The notes under the pieces were generated by a model. The model did not search any database. It was not told the origin of the DNA and saw only the letters and a program-made list of their open reading frames with translations. Both the position numbers and the translations under genes were made by a program. From assembly GCA_037138055.1 (NCBI GenBank), contig JBAXJB010000002.1:4968-68967 (forward strand): DNA of 64,000 nt, read 5' to 3'. This DNA is from Alphaproteobacteria bacterium (lineage in GTDB: Bacteria; Pseudomonadota; Alphaproteobacteria; Paracaedibacterales; CAITNM01). Below, in pieces: positions 63,248-64,000 of the stretch (the stretch's first letter is position 1; every line of letters starts with the position of its first letter).

Positions 63248-64000
63248 GCATAAAACTGCTCCATAGCAGTCACTATCTTATTTTCAAAAACTTTTGGCCT
63301 AGCGTGCCCCATGCCTTCTATAATGGTAAGTGTAGCATCGTAATGACTAGCAGTTTTTCTAGCATGAACTACAGGCAACATAGGGTCAGCACTGCCATGG
63401 ATAACATGGACAGGACAAGACGCCTGCACATTGTAATAAGTCATTGGTCCCTGCGCACATGCCATAACATGATTATGCATAATATTGGGCGGCATATCCT
63501 TATTGCGTCTTAAATACGCTTTTTCAAGAACGGGAACCCATTCAGCTTCGTCAAACTGGCTTTCCTTACCATTAAATAACTTAAGCACCTTAAGGCTTTT
63601 GAATAACCAGGAATCAAAATCAGATGGATCAATCGCCCCAATAGTTTTTAAACCATCTAGAACTTCTTTTTCAGGAGGCGGTAAATCATTAGCAGCTAAA
63701 TTGCCAAGCATTGCTTTGCTCATAGATGAAAAATCAACAGTGCTCATAATAAGCGTTACACTTAATAAACGTTCTGGTTTTTGTTGCATGCAAAGCTGGG
63801 CCAAATACCCACCCATTGAGGTGCCAACCAAATGCGCTTTTTGTATGTTGTAGCCATCTAAAATACGTATAACATCATTACTTAAGTCGCGCAGGCCATA
63901 GGGTTTCGCCATATAATTAATATGCGATGATTGCCCCACATCACGGTGATCATAACGAATAACGAAGAAATGTTTAGAAAGCAGGGTGCAAAAGCTATCA
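63244..64000 (-). CDS. Alpha/beta-fold hydrolase (5' end lies beyond the window)
   Basis: Nucleophile elbow GTSMGG and C-terminal GMGH. The frame stays open upstream of the first Met to the window edge, so the gene is partial here. Confidence 0.7.
   Translation of the reverse strand, partial: DSFCTLLSKHFFVIRYDHRDVGQSSHINYMAKPYGLRDLSNDVIRILDGYNIQKAHLVGTSMGGYLAQLCMQQKPERLLSVTLIMSTVDFSSMSKAMLGNLAANDLPPPEKEVLDGLKTIGAIDPSDFDSWLFKSLKVLKLFNGKESQFDEAEWVPVLEKAYLRRNKDMPPNIMHNHVMACAQGPMTYYNVQASCPVHVIHGSADPMLPVVHARKTASHYDATLTIIEGMGHARPKVFENKIVTAMEQFYA

Overview
AT-rich alphaproteobacterial chromosome segment. Lineage evidence: a permuted two-piece tmRNA, ALA synthase hemA, a Tim44-like protein, alpha-type SspB, DUF2948 and ccmCDE. 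The gene content resembles an intracellular or host-associated Rickettsiales/Holosporales-like organism: thyX, many signal-peptide ORFans, low-complexity secreted proteins, and a retained fliL-fliM flagellar mini-cluster. I cannot name the species from the sequence alone. Most of the window is dense housekeeping: htrA, nfu, folD, hemA, xseA, lolD, dnaQ, valS, ubiE, rsfS-rlmH, ftsZ, anmK, hrcA-grpE, kdsB, ccmC/D/E, thyX, rfbB. There are four tRNAs: Ser-GGA, Asp-GTC, Phe-GAA and Arg-TCT. The clearest accessory element is an apparently intact 5.3-kb Tn3-family transposon at 53311-58639. It has 38-bp GGGG-initiated inverted repeats and a perfect 5-bp AGCTT target duplication. It carries a tyrosine recombinase, a repeated palindromic motif array (candidate resolution site), a 958-aa TnpA and a PDDEXK/DUF1016 cargo gene. 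It sits in the 3' end of ccmD and separates ccmE from ccmCD. Other notable points: (1) an unannotated two-piece tmRNA lies directly upstream of, and co-oriented with, the tag-adaptor gene sspB; (2) a diverged 1033-bp tandem duplication holds two secreted paralogues with mosaic divergence; (3) a secreted 409-aa ORFan has a HicA-like C-terminus; (4) a cluster of acidic or dipolar disordered secreted proteins lies upstream of ftsZ. All domain calls come from motifs recognised by eye. No database search or HMM was run.
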